DNA from: Phyllobates terribilis
Taxonomy: Eukaryota
DNA length: 64,000 bases
Direction: 5' to 3'
Assembly: GCF_046119375.1 (NCBI RefSeq)
Contig: NW_027362762.1
Location: 681,070,001 to 681,134,000, forward strand
Part shown: one piece after another, positions 29,630-42,398 of the stretch
How positions within the stretch are numbered: the stretch's first letter is position 1
Layout of the letters: each line of letters begins with the position of its first letter
Made by a program: the position numbers and the translations under genes
The notes under the pieces: model-generated
Databases searched by the model: none
Told to the model about the DNA's origin: nothing
What the model saw: only the letters and a program-made list of their open reading frames with translations

Positions 29630-32600
29630 TACTGGAAAGCGAGCACTAAAATGCTCAGGAATTCTTTGTTCGAGTCGAGCAAATTGGAATGCTCGAGTGC
29701 TCGGACCCAGTACTGAGCCCAATGTAAGTCTATGGGAAACTCGAGCATTTTTCAGGCGGCTCCCCCCGGCGGTCTGCAGAGGGCCTAAAAATTGCTCAAA
29801 TGACATGGGAACAGCATGGCGAAGACCTATGGAAGCATCTCTGACTCCCAATCACTGCTGTCAACAATGTTGTCAGAGTATTGCGCCACTTTTACGGACT
29901 CACAATAAAACATACAAAAACGAAACCAAAATGCATATTCCTGGGAAAAATGTTAAGCAACATCCTTTCCAGGGTAATGGGTAATAACTTTATATAAGGC
30001 AAAATAAATAACCAAAAACAAAAATGCTCCTCCACACCTTGGACTATGTTCACACATAGTGTTTTTGATGCATTTTTGCACTTTTGCATTGCTTTCAACG
30101 GTGAAAAAACATTTACCAGTAAATTTCATTTTAACATTTTACTACCTTATCTGGCTATGTGGTGTATGACACAATATCGGACACATCCTGTTTCATTTAT
30201 GATGGAGGGACTCTGAAACTCACAAAGAATATTTTTATAGGGCCATCAGGCGGCCCTTACTATTCTTAAAGGGCCAGCAGTCGGCTATGCTTTGTTGTTC
30301 CCATTATTAACGACTGGGTCTCAAAAAACTGTTATTGCGTATGCAGTGACTGTAATGTCTTCCAAAAGTTTGGAAGAACTTCAATGCCCCTTGAAAGAGA
30401 CGTAGGAGTCGGACGGCCTCCTGAGAATAATGTTCCCATTATTAGGAAGTGTGTCTCCCATACTGTTTGCCTATGCAGTGAAGAAATGGTTGCCAAAAAT
30501 TTGGAGAAACTCCAGTGCCAGTTGCAAGAGACGTAGAGGTTGGAGGGCCTACGGCAAAAAATGCTCCCATTATTAGGAAATATGTCACCCATAATGTTTG
30601 CCAGGCAGTAAAGCAACAGCTGCCAAAGATTTGGAGGAACTCCAATGCACCTTGCAAGAGACGTAGAGGTTGGAGGGCCACCTGCAAAAAAAGCTCCCAT
30701 TATTAGGAATTGTGTCCCCCATCTTGTTTGCCTAGGTAGTGAAGCAACGACTGCCAAAAATATGGAGGAACTCCAATGCCCCTTGCTAGAGATGTAGAGG
30801 TAAGAGAACCTCCTGAAAACAATGTTCCCATTATTAGGAAGTGGGTCTCCCATACTGTTTGCCTATGTAATTAAGCAATGGCTGCCAAAAATTTGGAGGA
30901 ACTTCAGTGCTCCTTGCAAGAGACGTACAGTTCGGTGGGCCTCCAGCAAAAAATTCTTCAATTATTAGGAAGTGTGTCTCCCATACTATTTGCCAAGCAC
31001 TAAAGCAAAGGCTGCCAAAGATTTGGAGGAGCTCCAATGCCCCTTGAAAAAGACATAGAGGTCGGAGGGCCTCCTGCAAAAAATGCTTCTATTATTAGGA
31101 AGTGTGTGTCCCATACTGTTTGCCAAGCAGTAAAGCAAAGGCTGCCAAAGATTTGGAGGAACTCCAATGCCCCTTGAAAAAGACACAGGTCGGAGGGCCT
31201 CCTGCAAAAAATGCTTCTATTATTAGGAAGTGTGTCTCCCATATTGTTTGCCAAGCAGTAAAGCAAAGGCTGCCAAAGACTTGGAGGAACTCCAATGCCC
31301 CTTAAAAAAGAAACAGGTCGGAGGGCCTCCTGCAAAAAATGCTACTGTGGCACCCTGCAGTGCACAGGTACCACAGTACCCAGGGTGCATGGACGGACTT
31401 CTCCACAAGAGGCCCTCACTACATACAAACACCTCCACCCTTCCACCTCACACCACCAGAGGGAGCCCGTTAGGGATATATATATGGAGGGTGCAGGCAG
31501 TCAGTCAGAAGAGAGAGGCAGTCAGACAGAGTCAGAGAGTCTGAGAGCGTGCTGACGCTGAGAGCAGCGAAGACGCAGCGGGTCTGCTTCAGAGTTTTGA
31601 GGGCCCCGAGTGTGGCCGAAGGCAAGAGGAGAAAGGAGAGAGGGGTTTAGGGGGCAGAGGAGCATAATAGGCTCACCCCAGTATACAAACCGGACACCGG
31701 GTCCACGCCTACTGGGTCCCTTTATACCCAGTAGGGATCACCGGCATTGCAGGAGGACTACAAGTCCCTGGACGACCTGAAGCTAGACCCACACAGGACC
31801 AGGAACCACGAAGGCCCCGACGACCTGGGATAGTGGTTGCCAGCAGAAGGTCCTACTACCGAGCGACAGGTGAAGGAACAGCACGACACATAAGCTAGGC
31901 CCAGTTGCAGGCTGGCCAGGAGCATACAGAGAGGCAGACACGGACCAGGAGGCCTTATACCCGCTCACTGGGGAGAAGTCCTGAAGTGCACCCATCCTAC
32001 TGAGTACCCTGGACCGTACCTGACATCCGCACCAGTAAAGTTATTGAAGCGAATCCCCTGTCTCTGTCAGTTACTCCTGCTGCGCCATCCGCCTGCACTT
32101 CAAGTCCCAGCATCACCACCATCAAACTCCACACAGCCCCGGGGGCCCGCTCCACCTGTGGGGAGCAGAAACACCTCAGCTGCCATCCCATCACCCCCCG
32201 GAGGTCTGCAGCAGCGCTGGTAAACCTTACCAGGTACCACACGTGGCGTCACAAACTATTTACTTTATTTTTATTTTTTATCCAAGTTACAATCCCCCTT
32301 TTTGGTTGACCGCCCTGGGTCACGGACCGGGCCAGCCACCGTGATATCCCCCACCAGCATCCATAGGCCCGGCTGTCGAGTACCCCACAGCCCTGGGGGC
32401 GCGTCAACTTCTGGCGTCAGAAACAGGTTTCTGTGCCCGTTGCCACCGGGTACTGTGCGCCTTAACAGACTGTAACACTTACTGTGAAGATTTCCCGCCA
32501 TTCCCGAGGTTTCCCGCCATTATCCGCCATTTTCCTGTCGCCGCGCGGGAAGAAGAGGGGCGTAACCGTGGGAATCAGAGAGGCGTGACCGCTGGAAGTG

Positions 32601-32794
32601 CGTGAAGCCCAGGCCCCGCCTTGACGCCGACCCAGGAAGCGTCAGGTCCTAGAAAGAGACCGTTGTCAAGCGCATGCTCTGACGTCAGACGCGAGCGACG
32701 CAAGGTCCTGGAAGAACACCGTCGCCTGTGGAGCTGCGGCCTACCTGATAAAAAGTGGAGAAGGTAGGCTACGGTTTACCAAGGGGGCGCAACC

Positions 32795-33842
32795 ATGGCC
32801 GACGACCAGCAAGCCGCCGGAGCACCAGTTAACGCTCCTGATGCCCAACTTGTGCCCAGCGCTGCACAGGCCGGAGCGGCCGCCCCACAAGCAGGGGTCG
32901 TAAGTCTGTTGATACCCATGGCCCTGCCGTATATCCCTGGAGCGAAATGGCTTCCCCAGTATGATGGCAAACCAGACACCTTGGTATTCAATGACTGGTA
33001 AACAGAGAGCCGCTGTTGTGCTGGGAAAATTGACTGGTGTCGCAGAGCGGGAAGTCGAAACCTGGCCAGCCGCAGACCAGGAATCAGTATCCATTATCTT
33101 TAAGAGACTGCAAACTGTGTTTGAAAACCGCACTGAGACAGATCTCCGGTTGAGGTTCCACCATTGTGTCCAGAAACCTGAGGACAGTATCCAGGACTAC
33201 GCCTGGTGCTTGCAGGAAGCCCTGCGGGCCCTGAATCAGGTTAGTCCAGCCAGCATACAAGATGAGAATAAAATGCTGACTGAACAATTCAACCGGGGGT
33301 TGAGGTCCCAGGAGGAGAGCAGAACTGTACGGTGGTGGGCTTTAGATCATCCAGACGCCACCTTTGACACCCTCAAGGACATGGCTATTAAGGGTCTACA
33401 GCCCCTGGAAACATCAGGGACTGCTATCCAGGGTTACCAGGGTGGGGCCACCCCAGTGGCCGCAGCACCCACTGCTCCTTCATTAACGGCTGAAACAAAG
33501 ACGCAACCAGTGCCCCCTAGCGAGCTGGACAGCCCTTGCTCTGAAGTGCGCCAGCTAAGTAAAACCCTGGCCACTGTCCTGAGCACCCTGCAGCTACAGA
33601 AGGAGCCCGAGCGGGATGGAAGGATCCTCTTTGCCGATAGCCCTGAGGATGTCCCCTGGATGAGGAGAAGGAAGACAACGCCACCCCGTAGGAGGACAAC
33701 GCCACCCCGGAGGAGGACCAATGACCAACAACACCCTCCAGGAGACTTCATCTGCTACCGCTGCCACAAGGCAGGCTACACAGCGCGGAACTGTTCTTTA
33801 AACGAGCAAGCCCTGGGGCCGAGGGCCGACACCCAGGAGTAA
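32795..33842 (+). pseudogene. Gypsy A gag (PNMA-like capsid plus degenerate CCHC knuckle), frameshifted
   Basis: MADDQQ...PYIPGAKWLPQYDG; FHHCVQKPEDSIQDY; ICYRCHKAGYTARNC; slippery TTTAAAC at 33797-33803. Confidence 0.8.
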
Positions 33843-35075
33843 ATCAACCAGGCCCATCAAGCTGGTACCACCGGTTCGTAGGAGGAAGGCCTTTCCTGTC
33901 CATCATGCTGGACGGTATCGCCACACCTGCATTACTGGACACCGGCTCACAGGTAACCATCGTACCTGATGTCCTCTACAAAAGGTACTGGTCCGTAGAT
34001 GAACTCCAGCCGCCAGCCCCGAACCTCTCTGTGTATGCCTCTAACGGCCTTCCTCTTAACCTAATAGGGGTTAAGGACTAGGTTTGAGCGAGTATGTTCT
34101 GTTCGAGTATACTCGGGCCGAGCTCCGAGTATTTACAGCTGCTCGGTGATAAGGTTAAATCGCTCCCGTGTGCATGATTTGCAACTGTTTCACAGCTTTA
34201 TTACATGTGAGGAATGTGTAAGAAATAGACATTCCTCCCATGTAATAAATCTGTCAAACAGTTGCAAATCATGCACACGGGAGCGATTTAACCTTATAAC
34301 TGAGCAGCTGTAAATACTCGGAGCTCGGCCCAAGCATACTCGGCGAAAGGGTTAATAGAACATACTCGCTCAACACTATTAAGGACGTGGCAGTGAAGGT
34401 GGGGAGAGTGGAACTAAAGGACCAAGGACTGATTGTAGTGGAATCTAACCCTGGTGATACAGACTTGTAAAGGATACTTGGTACAAATATTGTTGGTAAC
34501 TGTTTGGGAGAAGTGTTGTTTTTGCTCCAACAGATTGCGGACACTGCCAAACCAGGGCAGAGGAAGGTGCTCCAGAGAGATTCGAGCCCTCCTGTACCAG
34601 CAACAGGTAAAGCTATCAGGTGGTGAAATTGGTAATGTACGGGTGACAGACCCGATACCCATTGTGATTCCCCCAATGAGTGAGATGCTGATTTGGTGTA
34701 GGGCAGCAATAGGTCTCAAGGGACAGAACTACCAGGCGGTAGTGGAGCCCATTAGCTCAGAGCACAGACCTACACTCCTAACTGCTAGAGGGGTAGTTCA
34801 CGTACGCAATGGGAGGGTGCCCGTATGACTCCTAAATTGTGGGGAGGAGGAAGTCAAATTGCCAAGGAATTCCACTGTTGTTAGATTGTATACTGTGAAT
34901 GATGATGCCATACACACAGTGGAATCCTTGACCCCACCAGATGCAGTGGAGGACAACGACTCCGAAGCTCAGCTGGAGGATTGGTGTCAACAGCTCCATG
35001 TTGGGACTGACGCCACTCCTGTCCATCAAAAACATGGTGTTTACAGAGTGGTTCAGGAATATGAGCAAGTGTTTA
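33840..35075 (+). pseudogene. Gypsy A pol part 1 (aspartic protease and spacer)
   Basis: ALLDTGSQVT motif near 33930; interrupted by a hAT MITE and by Gypsy B. Confidence 0.8.
34079..34378. mobile_element. 300-bp hAT MITE, near-perfect palindrome
   Basis: TIRs TAGGTTTGAGCGAGTATGTTCT / AGAACATACTCGCTCAACACTA; perfect 8-bp TSD TTAAGGAC. Confidence 0.9.
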
Positions 35076-36390
35076 TGTGGCACGCCAGGTCTGGTCGCCA
35101 CAGTGGCAGCAATGTCATGTCTGAGAGCAGATGGGAGGTTCCCTGGTTGGGGACAATTAGCATGCAGCACCTCCTGCCTCAGTCCAGGGAGGGGAGAAAC
35201 CTGCCCTTTAACCCCGCCCCAGATCCAGTTTATAGAGAGACAGGTTCCAGACAAGTTCCTGGCAAGGTTCCAGTGAAGTTGCAGATAGGGACAGGTCAGC
35301 AGCATGCTGAGGAGTCCCTGTAGGCAGAGGAGGAACACGAGGCCAGGAGGGGAGCTAACAGAGCTCGTCCTGGCTAGAGACTTACAAAGCCGGACACTGG
35401 AGTCCGAGGCTGTGAGGGTTATAAGCCCAGCAGCAGAAAACCACCACGCAGGGGACTTCAAGTCCTCTGGCCCAAGGAAGCCCGGAGGCTCAGCCACATG
35501 AGAGGGACCACTACTGCCCCAGAAGGGTGAGAGGTACGGAAGGCCCGAGTCGCCAGTCATACGGGTGAGAACAACATGGTACACTCAGGGACATGGGCTA
35601 CCACTACACTACAGCGGGATAGCCAAGAAAGAGTGAAGTCAGCACGGTAGGCCTGCAAACTCTCCCTGACCAGTGGAATTTCCCAGTTGCTCTCAGACTG
35701 ACAAGGCCTCCATTGTTAACCTGTATTCCGGACAGGTCCCTTAATACCACCAACAGTAAAGACCCTGAATTGAATGACAGACTCCGTGTGGTTACTGCTG
35801 CTCCCGCACACCATCACCACCAATATCCCCATTTACTGCCTTGAGGCTATACTCCTCCCATGGGAGTTATACTACCCTCTGCTGCACCCACAACACCAGC
35901 CTCAGCAGTCTGCCCTGCAGCGGCGGTTCACTCTGACCGCAATCCACGGGTGGCGTAGTCGGACATTCAGCATATAGACTGCCATTTGGTTTGACTGCCG
36001 TGAGCACGCACCGGGTCCCCGCCACGCAAGGACTACAACCCCCAGCATCTACAAAAGATCCGGTTCCGGGTATCCCCACACACACACGGCCCAGGGGGCG
36101 CGTCAACTTTTGGCGTAGTCGGCAGGATTTCGTGCCCGCCACCAACGGGTACTGCATGCCTGAAGAAAGACTGTAATACTTACCTTGGTGGAGTTTCCCG
36201 CCATCGGGCACCATGCGGGAAGAAGAGAGGCGTGGATGACGAAAGCGCGCGAGAACTGGAGCCCCGCCTTACGCACGGACGCTGCGCAAGGTCCTGAAAG
36301 GAGCCGAGCGGAAGCTGACATCACCAGGACACGACGCAAGGTCCTCAACCCCGATGGTCGCCTGCGGAGCCGCGGCCTACAGAAGAAAAG

Positions 36391-37640
36391 TGTGACGCCT
36401 CTACTCTTAAAGCCCGTGTTTTACCCTGGGTGTTAGGGGGACTCGGTGTCGGGCCCTGTGATGGAGAGGTAGGATGCAGCCGTGGCCCGGGCCCGACCCG
36501 TGCTCGGGGCCGTCACATTAGAAAGAGATGGTATGGGCTTGTCCGGGTTGAGTGGCTGATTAACGACTACGCCACCTGTGTTGCCTGGTGAAGGGTCACC
36601 AGCGCCGCTGCAGTCCGCCGAGGCCCGGTGTCACGGCGAGTCGTGCGGTGTGACGCAGGAATAACAGTCCGGAGGCCATAGGGGTGAACTTCCAAGGCTT
36701 TACTCACTTAGATGGCAAAGGAAGGCGACTCCCTGCTCCCCACGGAGTCCTGCGGTCACCAGGGACGGGGATCCGACAGCCTCCGAGTAAGTCCAGCATT
36801 CAGTCGGGACCTTACACCAGAGTGTTCCTGAACTACAGACCAATTCCCTTCCTGTCCGTGTGTGTGCAAATAGGCCGGGTCTCCCTCTGAGCTCCTCTCA
36901 GAACAAGGGGTACGGGTAGCAGCTCCGTCCGATACTCGGTGGGATCCTCTGGGCCTAACCGGGCTTTCCCGTCCAGGAGGTAGAGTAGCAAGGTCGGGTG
37001 TCGGGGGCCGGTACCCCTCTTGCAGCCGGAGTCCCTCTGAATATATCAGCAAGGCGAGGACAGGTGGTGTACACAGCTCCGTCTGCATCCTGCCTGGGAT
37101 CCATTTGCTAGGGAGCCACACTCTTAAACTCCGGGCCTTCTTGATCCTGGTCCTTGGCCGGGTTGAGACATTCCTTGTCTACAACCTACCTCTCGTCCCG
37201 AGGCGAGGGTACGAGGGCTGTGTCCCTTGCCTTTGCAGGCCCACACAGGATCTGCGCTCCCGGAGGGAGGTCACATTACACACAGTAGCCTGACAGCACA
37301 GTACGACCACATGAACTTGATTAACTAGGACCAGCAAAAGGACGAAGGGCCAAGATCAAAGATGGCTTTCAATTAAATAAGAAATCTAAAGTGTAACTAA
37401 CTTATAAGTCCTCCACCCTCACCCACTAACTGGTTCCTACCACTTTGTGTTCCCCAGTCTCCTTGTAACCAGGGGAGCAGCACCTAGTGCCTATTTGCTC
37501 CCTCTGGTGGAGAAGTGTGGTGTTGGATGCAAAAGGTTAGGTCCCGACTATCACACTGTCCTTACCTCAGAGGAGGAATACCACACTCCACTAGAGAAGT
37601 GCAGCATCCCTGTGGCGGTCGAACCCTCAGCGGCGCCACA
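36391..37640 (-). mobile_element. Solo LTR C inserted in the Gypsy B leader
   Basis: TGTGGCGCC...GGCGTCACA on the minus strand; perfect TSD AAAG; U3 start resembles the 4018 LTR and the CSD LTRs. Confidence 0.85.
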
Positions 37641-37683
37641 AAAGCAACAGAAGGTAGGCCACGGTCGACTAGGGGGGAAGAAG

Positions 37684-38640
37684 ATGTTGGAAGCGGGGGG
37701 AACTGCCGCAGTAATGCCGTTCACGATGCCTTATATCCCCGGAGCGGCCTGGTTGCCCCAGTACTCAGGGGAGTTGCATACCCTGAGCGACTTTAAAGAG
37801 AGACTGTATAGCCTATTCAAAGTATACCCCCTGACGGAGGAACAAAAAGTGACCATACTGATAGGCCAGTTAACCGGCGCGGCCCAACGAGAAGTAAAGT
37901 CCTGGTCAGTCAGGGACAAGGGTACCGTTAAGGAGATTTTAGCCCGTCTAAAGGACACTTTTGATACCCGCACCTCAGCAGAGATCAAAATGAGATTTTA
38001 TGGGTGCAAGCAGCGGGCCCAAGACAGTATAAGAGACTATGCTTTGAATTTGCAAGAGGCCCTGAGAGCCGTTAAGCAGGCACACCCTGACAGTGTGCGG
38101 AATTCAGATAAACTGCTGACTGAACAATTCATTGAGGGTCTGCTGTCCAGCGCCCACCGAACCCAGTTAAGCCTAATGGCCCTGCAGAACCCTGAGTTAG
38201 ACTTTGCACAGTTTAAGGACAGAGCCATCCGGGTACTCCAAGGCGTTGCGGACTCCAGGCACCCTGCTATCACTTATTACCAGGAGGCGGCGCCCCAGTC
38301 TATAGAACCTGCAGGAGCCAATGCACAGACTACGAATAGTACCCCGTCTACAGACCTGCACCATCAGGTCCAAGAACTGACCAAAAGCGTTGCCGCACTA
38401 ACCAGGACTGTGCAGTCATTACAGGTATCCTCTCCAGGAAAGATCCAGCTGGCTACCAGTCCGGAGGACGTCACGTGGTGCCGACAGAAGAGGATCCCAC
38501 CATCCAGAGGGAAGCCAACGGACCGCTACGACCAGGATGGACAACCCATCTGCCGCCGCTGCAGCCAGCCAGGACATATTGTGAGGTACTGTAATTTAAA
38601 TGAGCCCAACCTGGGGCAGAGGGCCAACCCCCAGGCGTAA
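37684..38640 (+). CDS. Gypsy B gag (PNMA-like capsid plus CCHC knuckle), open frame of 318 aa
   Basis: ATG 37684; PYIPGAAWLPQYSG; FYGCKQRAQDSIRDY; ICRRCSQPGHIVRYC; slippery TTTAAAT at 38595-38601. Confidence 0.8.
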   Translation: MLEAGGTAAVMPFTMPYIPGAAWLPQYSGELHTLSDFKERLYSLFKVYPLTEEQKVTILIGQLTGAAQREVKSWSVRDKGTVKEILARLKDTFDTRTSAEIKMRFYGCKQRAQDSIRDYALNLQEALRAVKQAHPDSVRNSDKLLTEQFIEGLLSSAHRTQLSLMALQNPELDFAQFKDRAIRVLQGVADSRHPAITYYQEAAPQSIEPAGANAQTTNSTPSTDLHHQVQELTKSVAALTRTVQSLQVSSPGKIQLATSPEDVTWCRQKRIPPSRGKPTDRYDQDGQPICRRCSQPGHIVRYCNLNEPNLGQRANPQA

Positions 38641-41600
38641 GATCATCAGGCCCGTCAAACTGGCGTGACAAGTATGTGGGGGGACAACCAGTCTTGCCTG
38701 TGGTACTGGATGGCATTCCTATGAGTGCACTGTTGGACACCAGTTCACAGGTAACCACCATCCCCTATGTACTTTTCAAGCGGTACTGGAATGACACGGA
38801 TATTACCCGCTACCCAGATAATGACTTGAGAATCATCGCCAGCAATGGTCAGCCCGTGCCGCAGGTGGGGTTCAAGGAGGTGACCATCAAGATTGGTAAG
38901 GTCGAACTGCCGGCGCAGGGACTGATTGTTGTGGACATTGACCGTCGTGAAAGTCACCCTAAAATAACCTTGGGTACTAACGTTATTGAAAATTGTCTTT
39001 CAGAGATAATTGGTATATTACAGCAGGTTGCAATGAATGCCAGCTCCAGCCAGCAGCGTGTCTTACAAAAAGAGATCAGAGCCCTGACGAAGCGGCAACA
39101 GGTAGAACTGTCTGGTGGTGAGATTGGTAGCGTTAGGATGAGTGACCCGTTCCCTATCGCCATGCCCCCAAAAAGTGAAATGATGATCTGGTGCCGGACT
39201 GCAATCGGGTTGAGAAGTAGAGACTACCAAGCTATGGTAGAACCCGTTTACTCAGACAGTAGGCCCACCATTTTGACAGCACGGGGGGGTGTTTGATGTC
39301 CGCCATGGGAGGGTACCCGTCCGCATCCTAAATATTGAGGAAAGAAGTACACTTGCCCCGGTATGCCACTCTAGCCAAATTGTTCACCATTAACCAAAAC
39401 TCTGTAAAAGCCATGGAACTCTTGCCTCCATCTCCCACAGAGGAAGGTAACGGCTCTAAAAAAAAAAAATGGAGGACTGGTGCTAGAAGCTGCACGTGGG
39501 CACTGACTCCACTCCCCCATGCCAGAAACAGGGAGTCTACCGGGTGGTTCAGGAGTACGAAAGAGTCTTTAGCAAACACCCGCTAGGCTTTGGTGTTCCA
39601 CCCGCTTTACTTGCCCAAATTCCCATAGGAGACCATCCACCCATAAAAGAGAGATACCGGCCTGTACCCCCTGCACACTATCAGAGTGCCAAGGGTATGT
39701 TACGAGAAATGAAGGAGGCTGGGTGATCAGGGATAGCTGTAGCCCCTGGGCAGCTCCTCTAGTTCTTGTAAAAATGAAGGATGGCACGATGAGGATGTGT
39801 GTAGATTATAGAAAGGTCAATAGAATAGCACACAAAGATGCGTACCCGTTACCTAGGATAGAGGAGTCTTTGGCAGCATTAAAATCTGCTAACTTATTCT
39901 CTACTTTGGATCTCACTAGCGGGTACTGGCAGGTTCCTGTAGCAGAGTCAGACAAGGAGAAGACCGCCTTCATCACCCCGATGGGTCTCAGTGAATTCAA
40001 CTGTATGCCGTTCAGACTCTGCAACGCGCCAGGGACCTTTCAGAGGCTGATGGAGTGCTGTCTGGGGCACCGAAATTTCGAGACGGTCCTGCTATACCTG
40101 GACGATGTCATCGTGTATTCCAAGACCTATGAGGACCATCTAAAGCACTTGGCAGAGGTGTTCGATGCCCTGGCAGGCTTCGGCCTAAAGGTGAAACCCC
40201 CCAAGTGTCATCTACTGAAGCCAAAAGTACAGTACCTGGGACACGTGGTGAGTGCTGACGGAGTAGCCCCAGACCCTGACAAGATCACGGTGATTAAGGA
40301 CTGGCCAAGACCCTCCAGCATAAAGAAGGTGCGGCAGTTCCTCGGGTTGGTAGGCTACTACCGAAGATTCATCTCCGGGTTCACCAAAATGGCAGCCCCT
40401 ATGCAGGACCTCCTGTTAGGTCAGTCAAAGACTAAAAGTCAGAAGCTGCCCTTTAAGTGGGACAAGCTGGAGGAGGAGTCTTTCCGCCAGCTGAAGATGG
40501 CCCTCACTGGGGATGAGATCCTGGCCTATCCTGATTATGGCCAGCCTTTTATCCTCCACACCGATGCCAGTAACGTGGGGCTAGGAGCCGTACTGTCCCA
40601 GATCCAGCAGGGCAGAGAACGGGTAATTGCTTATGCTAGCAGAAAGCTGAGACCCACAGAAAGAAACCCTGAGAATTAAAGCTCCTTCAAGCTAGAGTTC
40701 CTGGCAGTGGTGTGGGCGGTCACCGAACGCTTCAAGCATTACCTGGCTTCTTCTAAGTTCACTGTGTACACGGACAACAACCCATTGACACACCTGGACA
40801 CTGCAAGACTTGGTGCCCTAGAGCAGAGATGAATGGCCCGGCTGTCCAATTATGAATTTACTATCAAATACCGGACAGGGCGCGCAAATGCCAACACAGA
40901 TGCATTGTCCAGAATGCCTCACTTGCAGGACGGGGGAGAGGATCCAGAAGAACTGGAAGAAATTGAACTCCCTGCATTCCACCGTCATGGGATCACCCAA
41001 TGTTCCCACTGCGTAAAGGAGAGGTGCTCTGCCACAGCTACGTTCAATCCCTTACCCCACCATGGCTGGGCAGAGACAAGATAGTGACCCCACAGTCCGC
41101 CTGGTAAAAGAGATGCTGACCCAGGCTGATGCCCACCTTGATCCGGATGCTCCAGAAGAGACCAAACCGCTGTGGAAGGAGAGGAGCAAGCTGTTTCTCT
41201 ACGAGGGGAGGCTGTGCCACAGAATGTCAACTCTCGAACACATGAGCTGACCTGGCAGGTAGTGGTCCCAAGGCGGGATGCGGCTATGGTCCTAGAAGCA
41301 TACCATGACGGATCAGGGCACTTTGGATGGAAGAAGCTGGAGTTCCTGTTGCGTGAGCGGTTCTTCTGGGTAGGCATGAGAGGGGCTATAGAGAGATGGT
41401 CCAGAGACTGTGGCCCGTGCAACCTAAGGAGGAAGGACAGCGCCAGCCAGAAGACTCCCCTGCAGCCCATCATCACAAAGCAGCCCCCTGAGCTGGTGGC
41501 CCTGGACCACGCAAAGCTCGCTCCAAGCAGATCGGGATACGTCTACTCCCTCAGAATAGTAGATCACTACTCCTGATTCCTAGTGGTTGTCCCTGTCAAA

Positions 41601-42398
41601 GACTTAACACGTCAGACGGCCGCCAGTGCCTTTCAGCAGCATTTCTGCCGCCCACACGGGTATCCAGAGCAAGTGTTGACTGATCAAGGTCCAGCGTTCG
41701 AGGCTGAAGTCTTCCAGGAATTCTGCAACCTGTATGGCTGCAAGAAGATAAGGACAACGCCTTACCACCCCCAAACCAACGGGATGTGTGAGAAAATTAA
41801 CCAGGTAGTACTAGACCTGCTCAAGACGTTGCCCCTGGAGGAACGCAGCCTGTGGCCTGAGAAACTGCCGGATCTGGTGGACTTGTATAACCATATCCCA
41901 GTAAATTCTACCAACTACACCCCAGCTTACCTAATGAGAGCAAGACATGGTAAGCTGCCAATTGACCTGGAGATGAGAGTCCTGACACCCGAGGACACCT
42001 CACCAGAAGCAGACTGGGACACAGAACGACAGCAGCAGTACCGGAAAGTACAGGAGAGTGTGGAGCGAAGTCTGTCTCAAGCAAGAGAGGGGCAAGAGAG
42101 GAATTACAACCAGCATGCTCCTGCTGCTCCCCTGGCACCTGGAGAGCAGGTCTTGAAGAGGAAGAGACGGCTCCACAAGTTGGATGACCAGTGGGAGAAA
42201 GACCCGTACACCGTACTGCCCTCAAGCCATGAAAACCCAAAGGTATGTGTTATCATTAAGGATGGAGGAGAGACCACAGCCACTGTCTCCAGAGACCACC
42301 TGAAGAAGTGTCCTGAGCAGCTGCAAAGTGCTGATGAAGACCAAGATAGCCCTCAACCCGCAGAGGAAAGGGAAGAAATGGTCAGTACAGTGCTCTGA
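38640..42398 (+). pseudogene. Gypsy B pol (PR-RT-RNase H-IN), disrupted
   Basis: LLDTSSQVT, SPWAAPLVLV, LYLDDVIVYS, HTDASNVGLG, HHCC, DHYS, TDQG, GMCE; several stops and frameshifts. Confidence 0.92.

Noticed and set aside
33670-33720. RRKTTPPRRRTTPPRRRT in Gypsy A gag, resembling the hepadnavirus core tail
   Set aside because: Explained by a local 21-nt tandem duplication of a basic gag motif.
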